Assembly (NCBI GenBank): GCA_963663165.1 | Contig: OY760175.1 | Coordinates: 4,736,001 to 4,800,000, forward strand | Source: an uncultured Desulfospira sp. | GTDB lineage: Bacteria; Desulfobacterota; Desulfobacteria; Desulfobacterales; Desulfobacteraceae | Direction of reading: 5' to 3' | Length of the DNA stretch: 64,000 bases | Part shown: one piece after another, positions 1 to 10,532 of the stretch | Numbering within the stretch: position 1 is the first letter of the stretch | How the letters are laid out: every line of letters begins with the position of its first letter | The notes under the pieces: model-generated | Databases searched by the model: none | Seen by the model: the letters and a program-made list of their open reading frames with translations, nothing else | Told to the model about the DNA's origin: nothing | Translations under genes and position numbers: made by a program

Positions 1-1294
1 TTTTAACGTCTTTTTCATGCGGGTTAAAAAAGGGAATATCAAGCCGGTCCGCCACGGCGTTAAAGACGAAGACCTGGACAGCCTCGAATCTTTTGGGGTT
101 AAAACCCTGGAAGACTTTACCTGGAAGCACATGCTGGACTTTTACTCCTGCGCCGACTGCGGCCGGTGTTCAGACCAGTGTCCGGCCAATGCAGTGGGAA
201 GGCCCCTGTCTCCCCGGTTTATCACCATTAAGGCAAGGGACTTGATCTTTAAAAACTATCCCCTGTCAGGAGAAATTTACAAGAGCAAGCTGCTGGTGGC
301 GGATATTTATACAGAGGATGAAATCTGGTCCTGTACCACCTGCGGCGCCTGTGAACAGGAATGCCCCTTAGGGATTGAGTACATCGACAAAATCGTGGAC
401 ATGAGGCGGGGCATGGTGGATGAAGGCATGGTGCCCCAGTCCCTGCAAAAGCCGCTCAAGGCCCTTGAAAAACGCGGCAATCCCTACGGCAAAATGGAAA
501 AGAAACGAGCCGAGTGGGCAGAGGAAAAGGAGTTTGCGGCAGCCCATACCGTAAAAGACCTGGGTGCAGACAAAGCCGATACCCTTTATTTTGTTGACAG
601 TATCTCCTCATATGACGATAACATCCAGGATATTGCCAGAAAGACCGCCATTATCCTGGAAAAAGCCGGTGTGGATTTCGGTATTCTGGGCAAGGACGAA
701 AAGGATGCCGGTAATGAAGTTCTCCGGTTTGGAGAGGAAATGCTGTTCCAGGACCTCAAGGCACAGAATACGGAAGCGATTTTGGAATCCGGGGTTACCA
801 GTATTGTCACGGCGGACCCCCATGCGTACAATGCCCTGAAAAACGATTACAAGGGGCTTCCCCCGGTCCGCCACATCAGCCAGGTGGTGGCCGAAAAAAT
901 CACCAAAGGACAACTGAACCTTAAACCCTGTATTGACAGGGATAAGGTCTACGTTTACCATGATCCCTGCTATCTGGGGCGGCACAACGGGGTATATGAA
1001 GACCCGAGAGCCGCTCTTGACGCCATTGAGGGCTTGACCCGGGTGGAACTGGAAAAGAGCCGGGACCGCTCTTTCTGCTGCGGCGGCGGCGGGCTCATGC
1101 TGTTTTATGAACCTGAAGAAGAGACCCGCATGGGGGTTTTGAGGGTGAACATGGCGGCCGAAGCCGGTGCCAATGTCATTGTCACGGCCTGTCCTTTCTG
1201 CCTGGTCAATATCCAGGACGCCATCAAAGTGGCCGGCAAGGAAGGGGAGATGGAGGCAATGGATTTTACGCAACTGATTGCACAACATTTATAA
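1..1294 (+). CDS. HdrD/FadF-like Fe-S oxidoreductase (probable ETF:menaquinone oxidoreductase); 5' part lies outside the window
   Basis: Two 4Fe-4S motifs (CADCGRCSDQCP, CTTCGACEQECP) and CCG domains (YHDPCYLGR, SFCCGGGG, TACPFC); frame is open to the window edge; directly upstream of etfBA. Confidence 0.88.
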   Translation, partial: FNVFFMRVKKGNIKPVRHGVKDEDLDSLESFGVKTLEDFTWKHMLDFYSCADCGRCSDQCPANAVGRPLSPRFITIKARDLIFKNYPLSGEIYKSKLLVADIYTEDEIWSCTTCGACEQECPLGIEYIDKIVDMRRGMVDEGMVPQSLQKPLKALEKRGNPYGKMEKKRAEWAEEKEFAAAHTVKDLGADKADTLYFVDSISSYDDNIQDIARKTAIILEKAGVDFGILGKDEKDAGNEVLRFGEEMLFQDLKAQNTEAILESGVTSIVTADPHAYNALKNDYKGLPPVRHISQVVAEKITKGQLNLKPCIDRDKVYVYHDPCYLGRHNGVYEDPRAALDAIEGLTRVELEKSRDRSFCCGGGGLMLFYEPEEETRMGVLRVNMAAEAGANVIVTACPFCLVNIQDAIKVAGKEGEMEAMDFTQLIAQHL

Positions 1295-1354
1295 TATGTT
1301 AAGACGGAACAGTTTAATTTTCTTAACTGAGCCGTAAAATCAAAGGAGGCAATA

Positions 1355-2143
1355 ATGGAAATTTTGGTATGCGTCAAACGGGTTCCGGATACTGCTGAAA
1401 ACGAATTTGAGCTGAATTCGGCCGGCAACGACCTGGACCGGGATGACCTGGTTTACTCGGTTAATGAATGGGACAACTACGCAGTTGAAGAAGCCATCCA
1501 GATGGTGGATGACAAGGGCGGAAATGTTACCGTGGTCACCGTGGGCGATGATGAATCCGAAGAAGTCCTTCGCCGGGAAATGGCCATGGGCGCCAACAAC
1601 GGCGTGCTTCTCACGGATGATGCATTTGAAGGCTCTGACGGCAAAGGCATTGCCGCCATTCTCAAAGCAGAGATTGAAAAGGGATCTTATGACCTGATCA
1701 TGACCGGTGCCCAGGCCGATGAAGGGGCCGGACAGGTGGGCGGTATGCTGGCTGCCATGCTGGATCTTCCCTATGCGTCCCTGGTGAACAAGATTGAGGT
1801 TGTGGATGACAAGACCATTAAGGTCGGCCGTGAAATTGAAGGCGGAAATCAGGAAATGAATGAAATGAGCCTGCCGGCAGTTCTGTCCATCCAGACCGGT
1901 ATCAATGAGCCCCGTTATGTGGGGATCCGCGGTATCCGGAAAGTGGCCCAGGTTGAAATTCCGGAAAAATCAGCCGGTGATCTTGGCATTGATGCGGGCA
2001 GCGTAGGGGCCGCCGGCGCCAAAACCAAACGGGTGGATTACTTTGTACCGGATCTCGGGGAAGGGGCCGAAATGCTGGAAGGCTCCACAGAAGAGATCAT
2101 TGAAAAGCTCATTGAAAAGCTCAAAGCCAAAGGAGGACTCTAA
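1355..2143 (+). CDS. etfB: Electron transfer flavoprotein beta subunit
   Basis: VCVKRVPD, NEWDNYAVEEA, INEPRY motifs; AAGGAGG RBS. Confidence 0.95.
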   Translation: MEILVCVKRVPDTAENEFELNSAGNDLDRDDLVYSVNEWDNYAVEEAIQMVDDKGGNVTVVTVGDDESEEVLRREMAMGANNGVLLTDDAFEGSDGKGIAAILKAEIEKGSYDLIMTGAQADEGAGQVGGMLAAMLDLPYASLVNKIEVVDDKTIKVGREIEGGNQEMNEMSLPAVLSIQTGINEPRYVGIRGIRKVAQVEIPEKSAGDLGIDAGSVGAAGAKTKRVDYFVPDLGEGAEMLEGSTEEIIEKLIEKLKAKGGL

Positions 2144-2145
2144 TC

Positions 2146-3111
2146 ATGACACAGATCTATGCATATATTCCTTTTAAAAACGGGGTTGCAGAGGATGTGG
2201 CCCTGGAGTTCCCCACGGCGGCAAAGAAAATAGATGACGGCGCTGCCATCACGGCCGTGGTGACCGGTTCCGGCGGTGATCTGGACAAGGTGGCCCAGGA
2301 ACTGACCAAAACTTATGCCAATGTGATTAAAATCGACAATGCCGAACTGGCATATCCCAATGGTGAAATCGTCCGCAAAGCCCTGCTTAATGTCCTTGAG
2401 GCCGATTCTATCGTTCTGGTTGCCCATGATACCCTGGGCATGGACATGGCCCCCGGCCTGTCCGTTAAAATGGATTCCGCCTATGCCGCGGACATCGTTG
2501 ATTTTGAAGGCATGGACGGTTCTGTTATTAAAGCCGTCCGCCAGGAACTCGGCGGTGCCGTCTCCACCCATGTGACGGTGGATGCGTCTGCCGGTGCCGT
2601 CATGACCATCCGTCCGGGCGCTTTTGCACCGGTTGATGGTGCTGCCGGCGGGTCCGTCACGGATAAATCCGCAGATGCCGGGGACCTTTCCGCTAACCGG
2701 AAGTTCCTTGAGATTGTAGAAGCCGAAGTGGGTGATGTGGATATCACCAAATCCGACGTCCTGGTCTCCATTGGCCGCGGTATTGAAGATGAAGACAATA
2801 TTGAACTTGCCCAGGAACTGGCCGATGCCATGAGCGCGGTGGTCTCCTGCTCAAGACCCATCGTGGACGCCAAATGGCTTGAAAAATCCCGTCAGGTCGG
2901 CACCTCCGGCCAGACGGTTAAACCCAAAGTTTACATGGCCATGGGCATTTCCGGTTCTTTCCAGCACATGGGCGGCATCAAGGGAAATCCCTTTATCGTT
3001 GCCGTAAACAAGAACCCCAAAGCCCCGATTTTTCAGGTGGCTGATGTGGGCATCGAAGCCGACATCCTTGAGTTCATGCCTGAACTGACCGAAGCCATCG
3101 GCGACCTTTAA
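2146..3111 (+). CDS. etfA: Electron transfer flavoprotein alpha subunit
   Basis: SRPIVD, QVGTSGQTVKP, GISGSFQH, AVNKNPKAPIF FAD-binding motifs. Confidence 0.95.
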   Translation: MTQIYAYIPFKNGVAEDVALEFPTAAKKIDDGAAITAVVTGSGGDLDKVAQELTKTYANVIKIDNAELAYPNGEIVRKALLNVLEADSIVLVAHDTLGMDMAPGLSVKMDSAYAADIVDFEGMDGSVIKAVRQELGGAVSTHVTVDASAGAVMTIRPGAFAPVDGAAGGSVTDKSADAGDLSANRKFLEIVEAEVGDVDITKSDVLVSIGRGIEDEDNIELAQELADAMSAVVSCSRPIVDAKWLEKSRQVGTSGQTVKPKVYMAMGISGSFQHMGGIKGNPFIVAVNKNPKAPIFQVADVGIEADILEFMPELTEAIGDL

Positions 3112-3137
3112 GCCGCAGCTTTTTGACCAGCCCATAC

Positions 3138-3173
3138 AAAGGGCCCTGGGGTTTCCCCCAGGGCCCTTTTTTT
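3138..3173. terminator. Rho-independent terminator after etfA
   Basis: AAAGGGCCCTGGGG...CCCCAGGGCCCTTT stem followed by a T-tract. Confidence 0.85.
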
Positions 3174-3212
3174 AATGCAAAAGCGAATATGGGGCACTGC
3201 TGAACAGTTACC

Positions 3213-3686
3213 TCATTTGTTTAAAAGGCAATCGGCAATTACAGCACAAAGGATAATGACCACCTGAATGCTGCAAATATGTGCATGGGTTGTGAACAGA
3301 CGGATACAGCCGTTTAAACAGGCATTAAGAGGACTGTCTGACTTTTTGGGGCACGTTTCGTCCGTTGGCCTTTGCTCTGTTTCACCCAAGCCGTTATCAA
3401 TGCTGCTGGTTTGCCCTAAAAACCAGTTTAGCAAAGTGATATCAAATTCAACCCTGATGGCGTACACCATTTCAAGGATGCCGGACAGGACAATGACTGA
3501 AAGGCAGCAAAGCCTGTATAAATTCAGAGACGACGAGGAAAAAACAAGGCCCAATAGAACGACCGCCGCTCCAAAGGTCAGGGCCATGGAAAAAAAATGG
3601 GGTTTTTTGAACTGTTTAATAAAGGCGATACAAGAGATGACCGCTTCCCTGTCATTTTCTGTAAAAGCTTGACTGGTGTGTTTCAT
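3213..3686 (-). CDS. Hypothetical membrane protein
   Basis: 157-aa ORF with about 3 hydrophobic segments; no recognised family. Confidence 0.55.
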   Translation of the reverse strand: MKHTSQAFTENDREAVISCIAFIKQFKKPHFFSMALTFGAAVVLLGLVFSSSSLNLYRLCCLSVIVLSGILEMVYAIRVEFDITLLNWFLGQTSSIDNGLGETEQRPTDETCPKKSDSPLNACLNGCIRLFTTHAHICSIQVVIILCAVIADCLLNK

Positions 3687-4024
3687 TGTGAAAGCCTTAA
3701 TATCTTGAAATTGTTAAATATTTTACTTTCAAAGCGCCGGCATGATTCGGGTTGCCTGCCGCGACACTTTGCCAACCCTCCCTGCCGGCTGATTACTGAA
3801 CCTATGGGCGAAGAAATGCCTGAAATTTAGGTGTGATCCTGCAAAGGATCACAGAAGTCCCTTTTCGTAATTTTAAAGACGAAAATGATAATTGGTGTGT
3901 TGATTTAAGTTTCTGATACTCTATCACGATTTTGGCTGAAAGCACAAACCCTTTTGTTTCGGGTTGCCCGGGGCAGGAATCGGGGGACATATAGGGAAAA
4001 TAAGTTAAATCTCCAATCAACCTG

Positions 4025-4096
4025 AACGGCGATCGGAATGCGAAACCCCTAAGGCTGCGCGATCTGGTCTCCCGGCTCCTTTTCTCCGGTTTCCGT
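4025..4096 (-). repeat. Repeat family D (GGAGACC-heptamer hairpin), copy 1
   Basis: Reverse complement closely matches 38678-38765 (GGAAACCGGAGAAAAGGAG.CGGGAGACC.GATCGC...GGGTTTCGCA). Confidence 0.8.
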
Positions 4097-4156
4097 TTTT
4101 GCATATCGAACAGACGGCAGGTGACATGCCCCTGCCCAAATCCCAGACGGTAACGA

Positions 4157-5464
4157 TTAACCCTCCTGGTTTTCAAGGTTGTTCACCAGTTCGTCAAAAC
4201 TATCCTGGATCTGATCGGCTTCTTTCCTGACGGCGGCTTCTATTTCACTGAGGGAAACGTCCGGATTAAGGGAAGCCGTCATGGGGCTTGGGGGCATCAC
4301 CACAAAATCTCCGGCTGTCTTTGCCACTTCAGGCCGCTTGCTGGCGCGCCAGAGGGAAAACGCAGAAATGGACGCCAGCATGGCCGCAATGCTGCCATAA
4401 AATGCATTCTGCCCGAAAATGTCCATGGCTGCTGCGGTTAACGGAGAGCCGATGGCTGCCCCCAGAGAGCTTAAAAGAACCAGGGTCCCGCTGGCCGCCA
4501 CCATTTGGGTGGGATTGAGATAGTCGTTAATGTAAACGCCGCAAAGGGCATATAAGGGCAGGGAAAATCCCCCGACGCATGCAACGGTAAAAAAGAAAAC
4601 AGTCTCATCACCCGACAGCCGAATGGCAAATATGGAGATGCAGGTCCCTAAAATACAGCTTAAAACAATCACTTTTCTTCGGCCGATGGTATCGGACAGC
4701 CAGCCAAGGGGATACTGAAACAAAAACCCGCCGAAAATGATGACGGCCATGAAAATCGAAATTTCTTTGACCGACATGCCGGCATCGGCGGCAAAGACCG
4801 GTCCCATGGCATAAATGGCGCCGATGGCCATGCCGCTGACCGTCATCCCCATAACGCCAAGGGGGGACACCGTATATAACTGGGTGATGCTGACCTTTTC
4901 CATAATTTCAAACGGCGGGGGCATGGATACGGAAATCAAGATGGGAATGACGGCAAGGCTGATCATCAGCGACACCAGCAGGAACAATTCAAAACTGGAC
5001 GGGGCGGACAGGTTCAGCATGATCTGGCCGCCGGCCATGCCGCTAAAGGAAATCAGCATATAAAGGCTGAACAGTTTGCCCCGGGTCTGGTTGGTTGCCG
5101 ATTCGTTCAGCCAGCTTTCGACCACGATATAAAGGCCGGCGTAGGAAAAACCGGTGATCAGTCTCATAATCCACCAGGTGAGCGGGTCTATAAATATGGC
5201 CTGCAACAAAATAGAGGTCGAGGCAAGGGACGCCAGTGCCCCGAAAATCCGGATATGTCCCACCCGTTTAATGAGCTGTGGGGTGATATGGCAGCCAAAA
5301 ATTAGGCCCACGAAATATCCGGCCATCACCACCCCTGTAATGGTCGTGCCAAAATTTTCCATGGAGGCCCGGACCCCTAAAAGGGAAGTTTGCAGGCCAT
5401 TGCCCAGCATGATTAATCCCATGCCGAGCAACAGCGCCCAGCTGTTGGAAATTATTTGAATCAT
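4157..5464 (-). CDS. MFS transporter (YcaD-like)
   Basis: About 12 TM segments; VVESWLNE and GWLSDTIGRR MFS motifs. Confidence 0.88.
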   Translation of the reverse strand: MIQIISNSWALLLGMGLIMLGNGLQTSLLGVRASMENFGTTITGVVMAGYFVGLIFGCHITPQLIKRVGHIRIFGALASLASTSILLQAIFIDPLTWWIMRLITGFSYAGLYIVVESWLNESATNQTRGKLFSLYMLISFSGMAGGQIMLNLSAPSSFELFLLVSLMISLAVIPILISVSMPPPFEIMEKVSITQLYTVSPLGVMGMTVSGMAIGAIYAMGPVFAADAGMSVKEISIFMAVIIFGGFLFQYPLGWLSDTIGRRKVIVLSCILGTCISIFAIRLSGDETVFFFTVACVGGFSLPLYALCGVYINDYLNPTQMVAASGTLVLLSSLGAAIGSPLTAAAMDIFGQNAFYGSIAAMLASISAFSLWRASKRPEVAKTAGDFVVMPPSPMTASLNPDVSLSEIEAAVRKEADQIQDSFDELVNNLENQEG

Positions 5465-5481
5465 GTTTATTTCGGTCCCGA

Positions 5482-6087
5482 TTAATCGGATTTCAAAAGC
5501 AGGAGGCTTTCTCTAAGGTTTATGGGCCCAAGGCAGAAGCGGTTGCTCAACGTCTGTTCAAACCATTCCCGTTTTATTTTTAAGTTGGGTGTCCTGCCAT
5601 CCGGGCTTTCTAAAACAACAGCATTTTTTTTCATCCCCCGGATACGGGTTCTTCTATAGGAATCAAAACAATAAACCCAGTTGTCATCTGCCTGGATCAC
5701 CATGATATAGTGTTCCTCGCCTTTGGTTAACAGTATATTGCACAAAGCAACCCCGCCCTGGTCAAGGCAGGTTTGAATGGGGCCGTCAGGATTGAGGTTG
5801 ACCTTTTCTTCTTTAAGAAAATTGGTCTGCACGGAAAAGGATTTTATTTTATAGGAGTTCAGCCAGTTGCCGACCAGTTGGATGGCATACCGGCTGGTGC
5901 CGCCGATGCCGAACCTGGCATTCCGGCCCACTGTATCCAGGCAGTAAAGGAAAATATGCCGGATAACCATGGGCGGAATTTCTTTGCGGTGAAACAGGTA
6001 TGAGATCCCGTTAATTAGAGCGGTTGGAACGCAGTCATATTCTGAGACCTGGTAGTGGAGCGGTGAGTACATAATATCCTTTTTCAA
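5482..6087 (-). CDS. Standalone peptidase C39-like cysteine protease
   Basis: YQVSEYDC (Q-x5-C), EEHYIMV (His), YCFDS (Asp): papain-like triad; no ABC domain. Confidence 0.75.
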   Translation of the reverse strand: MKKDIMYSPLHYQVSEYDCVPTALINGISYLFHRKEIPPMVIRHIFLYCLDTVGRNARFGIGGTSRYAIQLVGNWLNSYKIKSFSVQTNFLKEEKVNLNPDGPIQTCLDQGGVALCNILLTKGEEHYIMVIQADDNWVYCFDSYRRTRIRGMKKNAVVLESPDGRTPNLKIKREWFEQTLSNRFCLGPINLRESLLLLKSD

Positions 6088-6190
6088 AACAGGCCGGTTT
6101 TTATGTTTCCCGGCATTTCAATAGGGATGATTTTAGACAAAAACATGGTATTAATAAAGGAATATTACCGTTTTTTGCATGGGAGGAAAA

Positions 6191-7435
6191 ATGAAGCCAA
6201 AAAGAACAGTGATCAGGGCCGAACAGCTCTATACCGGAAAGAAATTGTTAACGGATCAAACCATTGTCATTGAAGAAGACCGCATTGTTGAGGTGACGGG
6301 CCGGTCCTGCAAAGCCGCTTATTCAGGGGTTGTCACCCCCGCATTCATTGATGCCCATTCCCACATCGGAATGGAGCGGCAGGGGGAGCCGGCCGCTGAA
6401 TCCGAGACGGATGATAGGCAAACCACCTTTGCGCCGCTGCATAATCCCGTGAACAGCATCTATTTTGATGACCGGGCCTTTGAGGAAGCCGTTGATTTCG
6501 GGGTTCTTTATTCCTGTGTCGTGCCAGGCAGCGGCAATATCTTAGGGGGCCAGGCCATGCTGATCAAAAATTTCAGCCAGACCTGTAAAGATGCGGTGAT
6601 CGGCCATTATGGGTATAAAATGGCACTGGGATTTAACCCCCGGTCGGATTCCAGGCGCAAAGGGCAGCAGCACAATACCCGCATGGGGAATGCCGCCTTT
6701 CTTGAAAAACAGTTTGAAGAGGTGACCCGGCAGGAGGCCAAGGCCCGGGTTAAACGGGACCGGTCGCTTTGGGACCTTGATAAGGGCCCGGGCAGTGCAA
6801 AACAGTCAACCCAGGAGAGGCTCAAAAAGAAATCCTGGATCAAGACAGAGTATGAACATGCGCTTTCGTCGGAGCAATGGGCCGTGTTCGGGATGCTGAA
6901 CGGTCAAAAGCCCATAAAGGTTCATGTCCATAAAGAAGATGATGCCCTGTTCCTCGTTGACCTTAAAAAAAGATTCGGCCTGGCGGTGACGGCAGAGCAT
7001 ACCTGCGGGGTTCGCAGCACCGAGGTGTTCAATGAGCTGGCCGACAACGGTATTCCCATTGTTTACGGCCCTCTGGCCTCCCTGGATTACAAAGTGGAAT
7101 TGAAAACCGCATCTTATAAAAACGTGGGCAGCCTTCTGGCTTCCCGGGCTCAGTTCGGATTGATGACGGATCATCCGGTCATTCTGGCCCATCATTTAAG
7201 GGATTCTTTGAAATATTTTCTCATCGCCGGCATGGCGCCGGAAACCGCTGTCGGGCTTGTCACCCATGAAAATGCAAAAATTCTTGGCCTGGACGACCGG
7301 ATCGGGGAAATCAAGCCCGGGATGCTGGCAAGCCTGGTGGTCTGGAACAAAGACCTGTTCCACCTGTCTGCGTTTCCAAGCCTTGTGGTGGCCGAAGGAA
7401 AAATTGTCCGGGGAGGGCCGGAAGCTATCGTTTAA
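6191..7435 (+). CDS. Metal-dependent amidohydrolase
   Basis: PAFIDAHSH, KMALGFNP, VHVHKEDD, MTDHPV, GEIKPGMLASLVVW; GGGAGG RBS before ATG 6191. Confidence 0.88.
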   Translation: MKPKRTVIRAEQLYTGKKLLTDQTIVIEEDRIVEVTGRSCKAAYSGVVTPAFIDAHSHIGMERQGEPAAESETDDRQTTFAPLHNPVNSIYFDDRAFEEAVDFGVLYSCVVPGSGNILGGQAMLIKNFSQTCKDAVIGHYGYKMALGFNPRSDSRRKGQQHNTRMGNAAFLEKQFEEVTRQEAKARVKRDRSLWDLDKGPGSAKQSTQERLKKKSWIKTEYEHALSSEQWAVFGMLNGQKPIKVHVHKEDDALFLVDLKKRFGLAVTAEHTCGVRSTEVFNELADNGIPIVYGPLASLDYKVELKTASYKNVGSLLASRAQFGLMTDHPVILAHHLRDSLKYFLIAGMAPETAVGLVTHENAKILGLDDRIGEIKPGMLASLVVWNKDLFHLSAFPSLVVAEGKIVRGGPEAIV

Positions 7436-7456
7436 ACCAGGTTTTATCAAGCCCCA
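7425..7456 (-). repeat. Direct repeat of the 3' end of the sigma54 activator gene (other copy at 11126-11157)
   Basis: CTATCGTTTAAACCAGGTTTTATCAAGCCCCA vs CTATCGTTTAAAGCGGGTTTTATCAAGCCCCA, 30/32 identical. Confidence 0.88.
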
Positions 7457-7472
7457 ACTTCTATATTCAGGT

Positions 7473-7506
7473 AAAAAAAGGGGCAGCCATTTTGGGCTGC
7501 CCCTTT
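7473..7506. terminator. Terminator between convergent amidohydrolase and dctM
   Basis: AAAAAAAGGGGCAGCC...GGCTGCCCCTTT stem; long T-tract on the minus strand. Confidence 0.8.
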
Positions 7507-7568
7507 GAGGGTTTAAATTAAAACATCAGCAGCCGGGCTGCGTAACAGCCACGGCTTTACCGGGCCGC

Positions 7569-8867
7569 TTACATAAAACCGACCAGGAACAGTGAGATCT
7601 GTGGAAAAGCGATCAACAGAATCACCCCAACCACCATGGCGATCCAGAAGGGGGTGACCCCTTTGAAGATCGTCACCAGGGGCACATCCTTAGCCACTCC
7701 GGCGACCACATAGACGTTGATGCCCACAGGCGGCGTGACCATACCGATGTTCAGAAGCGTAACCAGTACTACGCCGAACCAGATGCCGTCAAATCCCAGA
7801 TCAATGATCAGCGGGTAGAGGATGGGCACTGTCAGCACCATCAAAGAGATGCCTTCAATAAAGCATCCCAGAAAAACCAGCGCCGCAGCAATGATACCGA
7901 CAATGACGTAAGGCGATACATCAAGGGCGGCAATATAAGCGGAGAGTTGATACGGGATGGTGGAGATCGCCAGAAACCGGCCAAAGACAATGGCTCCGAT
8001 AAGGATGACGAACAGCATGGCCGTTGTACTGGCGGCTTCTTTCAGGGAACCGACCATGGCATCACGGCTGAACCGCTTGGATGCCACTGAGACGATCAGG
8101 GAGATAAACGCCCCCACTGCCGCCGCCTCTGTCGGTGTGAAAAACCCCAGGTAGATTCCGCCCATTACCAGCACAAAGATGACAATGACGGCCCAGATGG
8201 ACTTTAACGATGAGATCTTTTTCTTGAATGATGCCTTTGGCTGAACCGGTGCTGCATTTGGGTTGATCTTGACCCATACCAGGATCGCCAGCGAAAAGAG
8301 GATGGCCAGGAGAAGGCCTGGGAGAATGCCGGCAATGAGCAGTTTACCGATGGATTCTTCAGTGAGCAGGCCGTAGAGAACCAGGACCGAGCTGGGGGGG
8401 ATCAGGATGCCCAGGGTCCCCCCGGCAGCCACGCAGCCGGTGGCCAGGGCGTCACTGTATTTATGGCGTTTCATTTCCGGCAGCACAACAGATCCGAGAC
8501 TTGCGGCGGTTGCCGTGGCGGAACCGGAAACGGCCGACCACATGGCGATGGCCGCGATGGTGGCCATGGCCATGCCCCCTTTTACGTGTCTTACCCAGGT
8601 ATTGGCCACTTCAAAAATATCCTTGCCCAGGCCGCCATAGGATAGAAATAATCCCATCATGATGAACAAGGGGATCACACACAACCCGTATGAGGCGGCC
8701 GTGGCATAGGGAACCATTCCCAGGAGGGTCAGTCCGGCTGACGTGTCAGACAGAATCACAAATCCCACAAAGCCGACGATCAGCATCGACATGCCGACCT
8801 GCATGCCCATTGCAAACAGGCCCAGCAATGCAAAAATTCCAAGAATACCTACTAGTTCAGGGCTCAT
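7569..8867 (-). CDS. dctM: TRAP transporter large permease
   Basis: GGTLGILIPPS, TPTEAAAVG, VTPPVGINVYV motifs. Confidence 0.93.
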   Translation of the reverse strand: MSPELVGILGIFALLGLFAMGMQVGMSMLIVGFVGFVILSDTSAGLTLLGMVPYATAASYGLCVIPLFIMMGLFLSYGGLGKDIFEVANTWVRHVKGGMAMATIAAIAMWSAVSGSATATAASLGSVVLPEMKRHKYSDALATGCVAAGGTLGILIPPSSVLVLYGLLTEESIGKLLIAGILPGLLLAILFSLAILVWVKINPNAAPVQPKASFKKKISSLKSIWAVIVIFVLVMGGIYLGFFTPTEAAAVGAFISLIVSVASKRFSRDAMVGSLKEAASTTAMLFVILIGAIVFGRFLAISTIPYQLSAYIAALDVSPYVIVGIIAAALVFLGCFIEGISLMVLTVPILYPLIIDLGFDGIWFGVVLVTLLNIGMVTPPVGINVYVVAGVAKDVPLVTIFKGVTPFWIAMVVGVILLIAFPQISLFLVGFM

Positions 8868-9385
8868 TTTTTTATGGCCTTTCTAAAAGACTTTAAGAAA
8901 GTGGACAAAATCGCCAGGCAGAACAAAAAACTTCCGATGGCAACAAGGATTAAAAATGGATACTCCGGCACCCTTAACACGCCTGACACGTCATTGGAGG
9001 CATAGAGCAGTTTTGCATATTTGGCTGACTGCCAGGTGACCAGCGCAAACATGATCAGGCCGAGAAAGTCGGTGATACTGTCAAGAATGTGCCCGACACG
9101 TTCAGGAAGCAGATTAAGGACAATATCGATTCTGATATGCCCTTTTTGCATCTGGGTGTGGCCGATGGCCGTGAGAACAGCCACGGCCAGCATAAATTCA
9201 GTCAGCTCAAAGGTGCCTGGGATGGGTCCGAGAAACGGGATAAATCCCACCAGGTAACGGCCGAGAACGTCCCCTACGGAGAGGAGCATCATCATCATCA
9301 TCACGACCATGGAAACCCAATGCAACCATTTGCATGGTGGAGCGGCAATCCGCTCCACAGTTTTGTCGATTGATTCAATATTCAT
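8864..9385 (-). CDS. dctQ: TRAP transporter small permease
   Basis: 4 TM segments; DVLGRY and GHIRID; lies between dctP and dctM. Confidence 0.9.
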   Translation of the reverse strand: MNIESIDKTVERIAAPPCKWLHWVSMVVMMMMMLLSVGDVLGRYLVGFIPFLGPIPGTFELTEFMLAVAVLTAIGHTQMQKGHIRIDIVLNLLPERVGHILDSITDFLGLIMFALVTWQSAKYAKLLYASNDVSGVLRVPEYPFLILVAIGSFLFCLAILSTFLKSFRKAIKK

Positions 9386-9388
9386 GGT

Positions 9389-10423
9389 TTACTCGTATTT
9401 TTTAATCAGTTCGTTGGTCTTGTCATAAAATTCCTGACCGGGCAGACCCTTTGATTTCATGTCTGCAATCCAGTCCTGGTAAATCCCGGACACGGCTTTT
9501 TTCCATTTGGCCATTTCAGGGTCAGGCATGGGGACAATCTCAACCTTGGCGGCCTTGGCGTCTGAAAGCCCGACTTCGGCCTCTTTATCGTAGCTGTCTG
9601 CCATGATTTGGGCCAGGCGCGAACCGGAAAGATCCTGGATGATTTTTTGGTCTTCCGGTGAGATTTTTTTCCACGACCTTTCATTGATCCCCATGGCCTG
9701 GGCATTCACAAAGAAATTTCCAATGGTCAATCCTTTCATGATATCCGCAAGTTTGAAGGTCCGGATGGCGGATGTGCCCAGCAGGGTACCATCAACCACA
9801 CCTTTTTGCATGGCGTCGAAAAGTTCTCCGATCCCCATGAGAATTGGAACCGACCCTAAGGCCTCAGCCGTGGGTTTCAAGGTGTCTGAACCTATCCGCA
9901 GCTTCAATCCTTTAATGTCTTCGACGTTGCGCACCACCTTGCGGGTGGTCATCAACTGGCCGGCATCCACGGTCCAAAGGGACAGGATCTTGACGCCTTT
10001 ATATTCAGCCTGCATTTCGGGGCTGGTTTCGTAAAGGTCCCACAAAGCCAGGCTCCCCTGAACGGCCGAGGTGGTCATAAACGGCAATTCGATGACTGAG
10101 GTTAACGGGAACTTGCCGGGCGTATATCCCTGGATAAACCATACCAGGTCAACGACACCGAGTTTGGCAGTGTCATAGAGCTGCTTTGCCGTTGAAAGCG
10201 CACCGCCGGGGAAAATCTGAATTTTAACCCTTTCATCGGTGGCTTTTTCTACATCCTTGGCCCATTGATCAAGATGGGCATGGATGTGGTGTTTGGTGGA
10301 CCACCCATGGGCCATTTTAAGTTTGACGGGTTTGGTTGAGGCTGCTGTCACGCCAGATGGGATACTCACCATCAATACGGCAAACATAAGGGTGGAAAAC
10401 AAAATACAACATTTTTTAGTCAT
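9389..10423 (-). CDS. dctP: TRAP substrate-binding protein
   Basis: Signal peptide; IFPGGAL, GLKLR, MQKGVVDG motifs. Confidence 0.92.
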   Translation of the reverse strand: MTKKCCILFSTLMFAVLMVSIPSGVTAASTKPVKLKMAHGWSTKHHIHAHLDQWAKDVEKATDERVKIQIFPGGALSTAKQLYDTAKLGVVDLVWFIQGYTPGKFPLTSVIELPFMTTSAVQGSLALWDLYETSPEMQAEYKGVKILSLWTVDAGQLMTTRKVVRNVEDIKGLKLRIGSDTLKPTAEALGSVPILMGIGELFDAMQKGVVDGTLLGTSAIRTFKLADIMKGLTIGNFFVNAQAMGINERSWKKISPEDQKIIQDLSGSRLAQIMADSYDKEAEVGLSDAKAAKVEIVPMPDPEMAKWKKAVSGIYQDWIADMKSKGLPGQEFYDKTNELIKKYE

Positions 10424-10532
10424 GGGTTTAGCTCCTTTTTGTTTTTAAATAATTCCCTGTCTATCTTGTCGGGTCACGATCTGTCCCGTGTTCAATGCCA
10501 CGGGCCTTTTTATTGCCTATTCCTTACTATTT

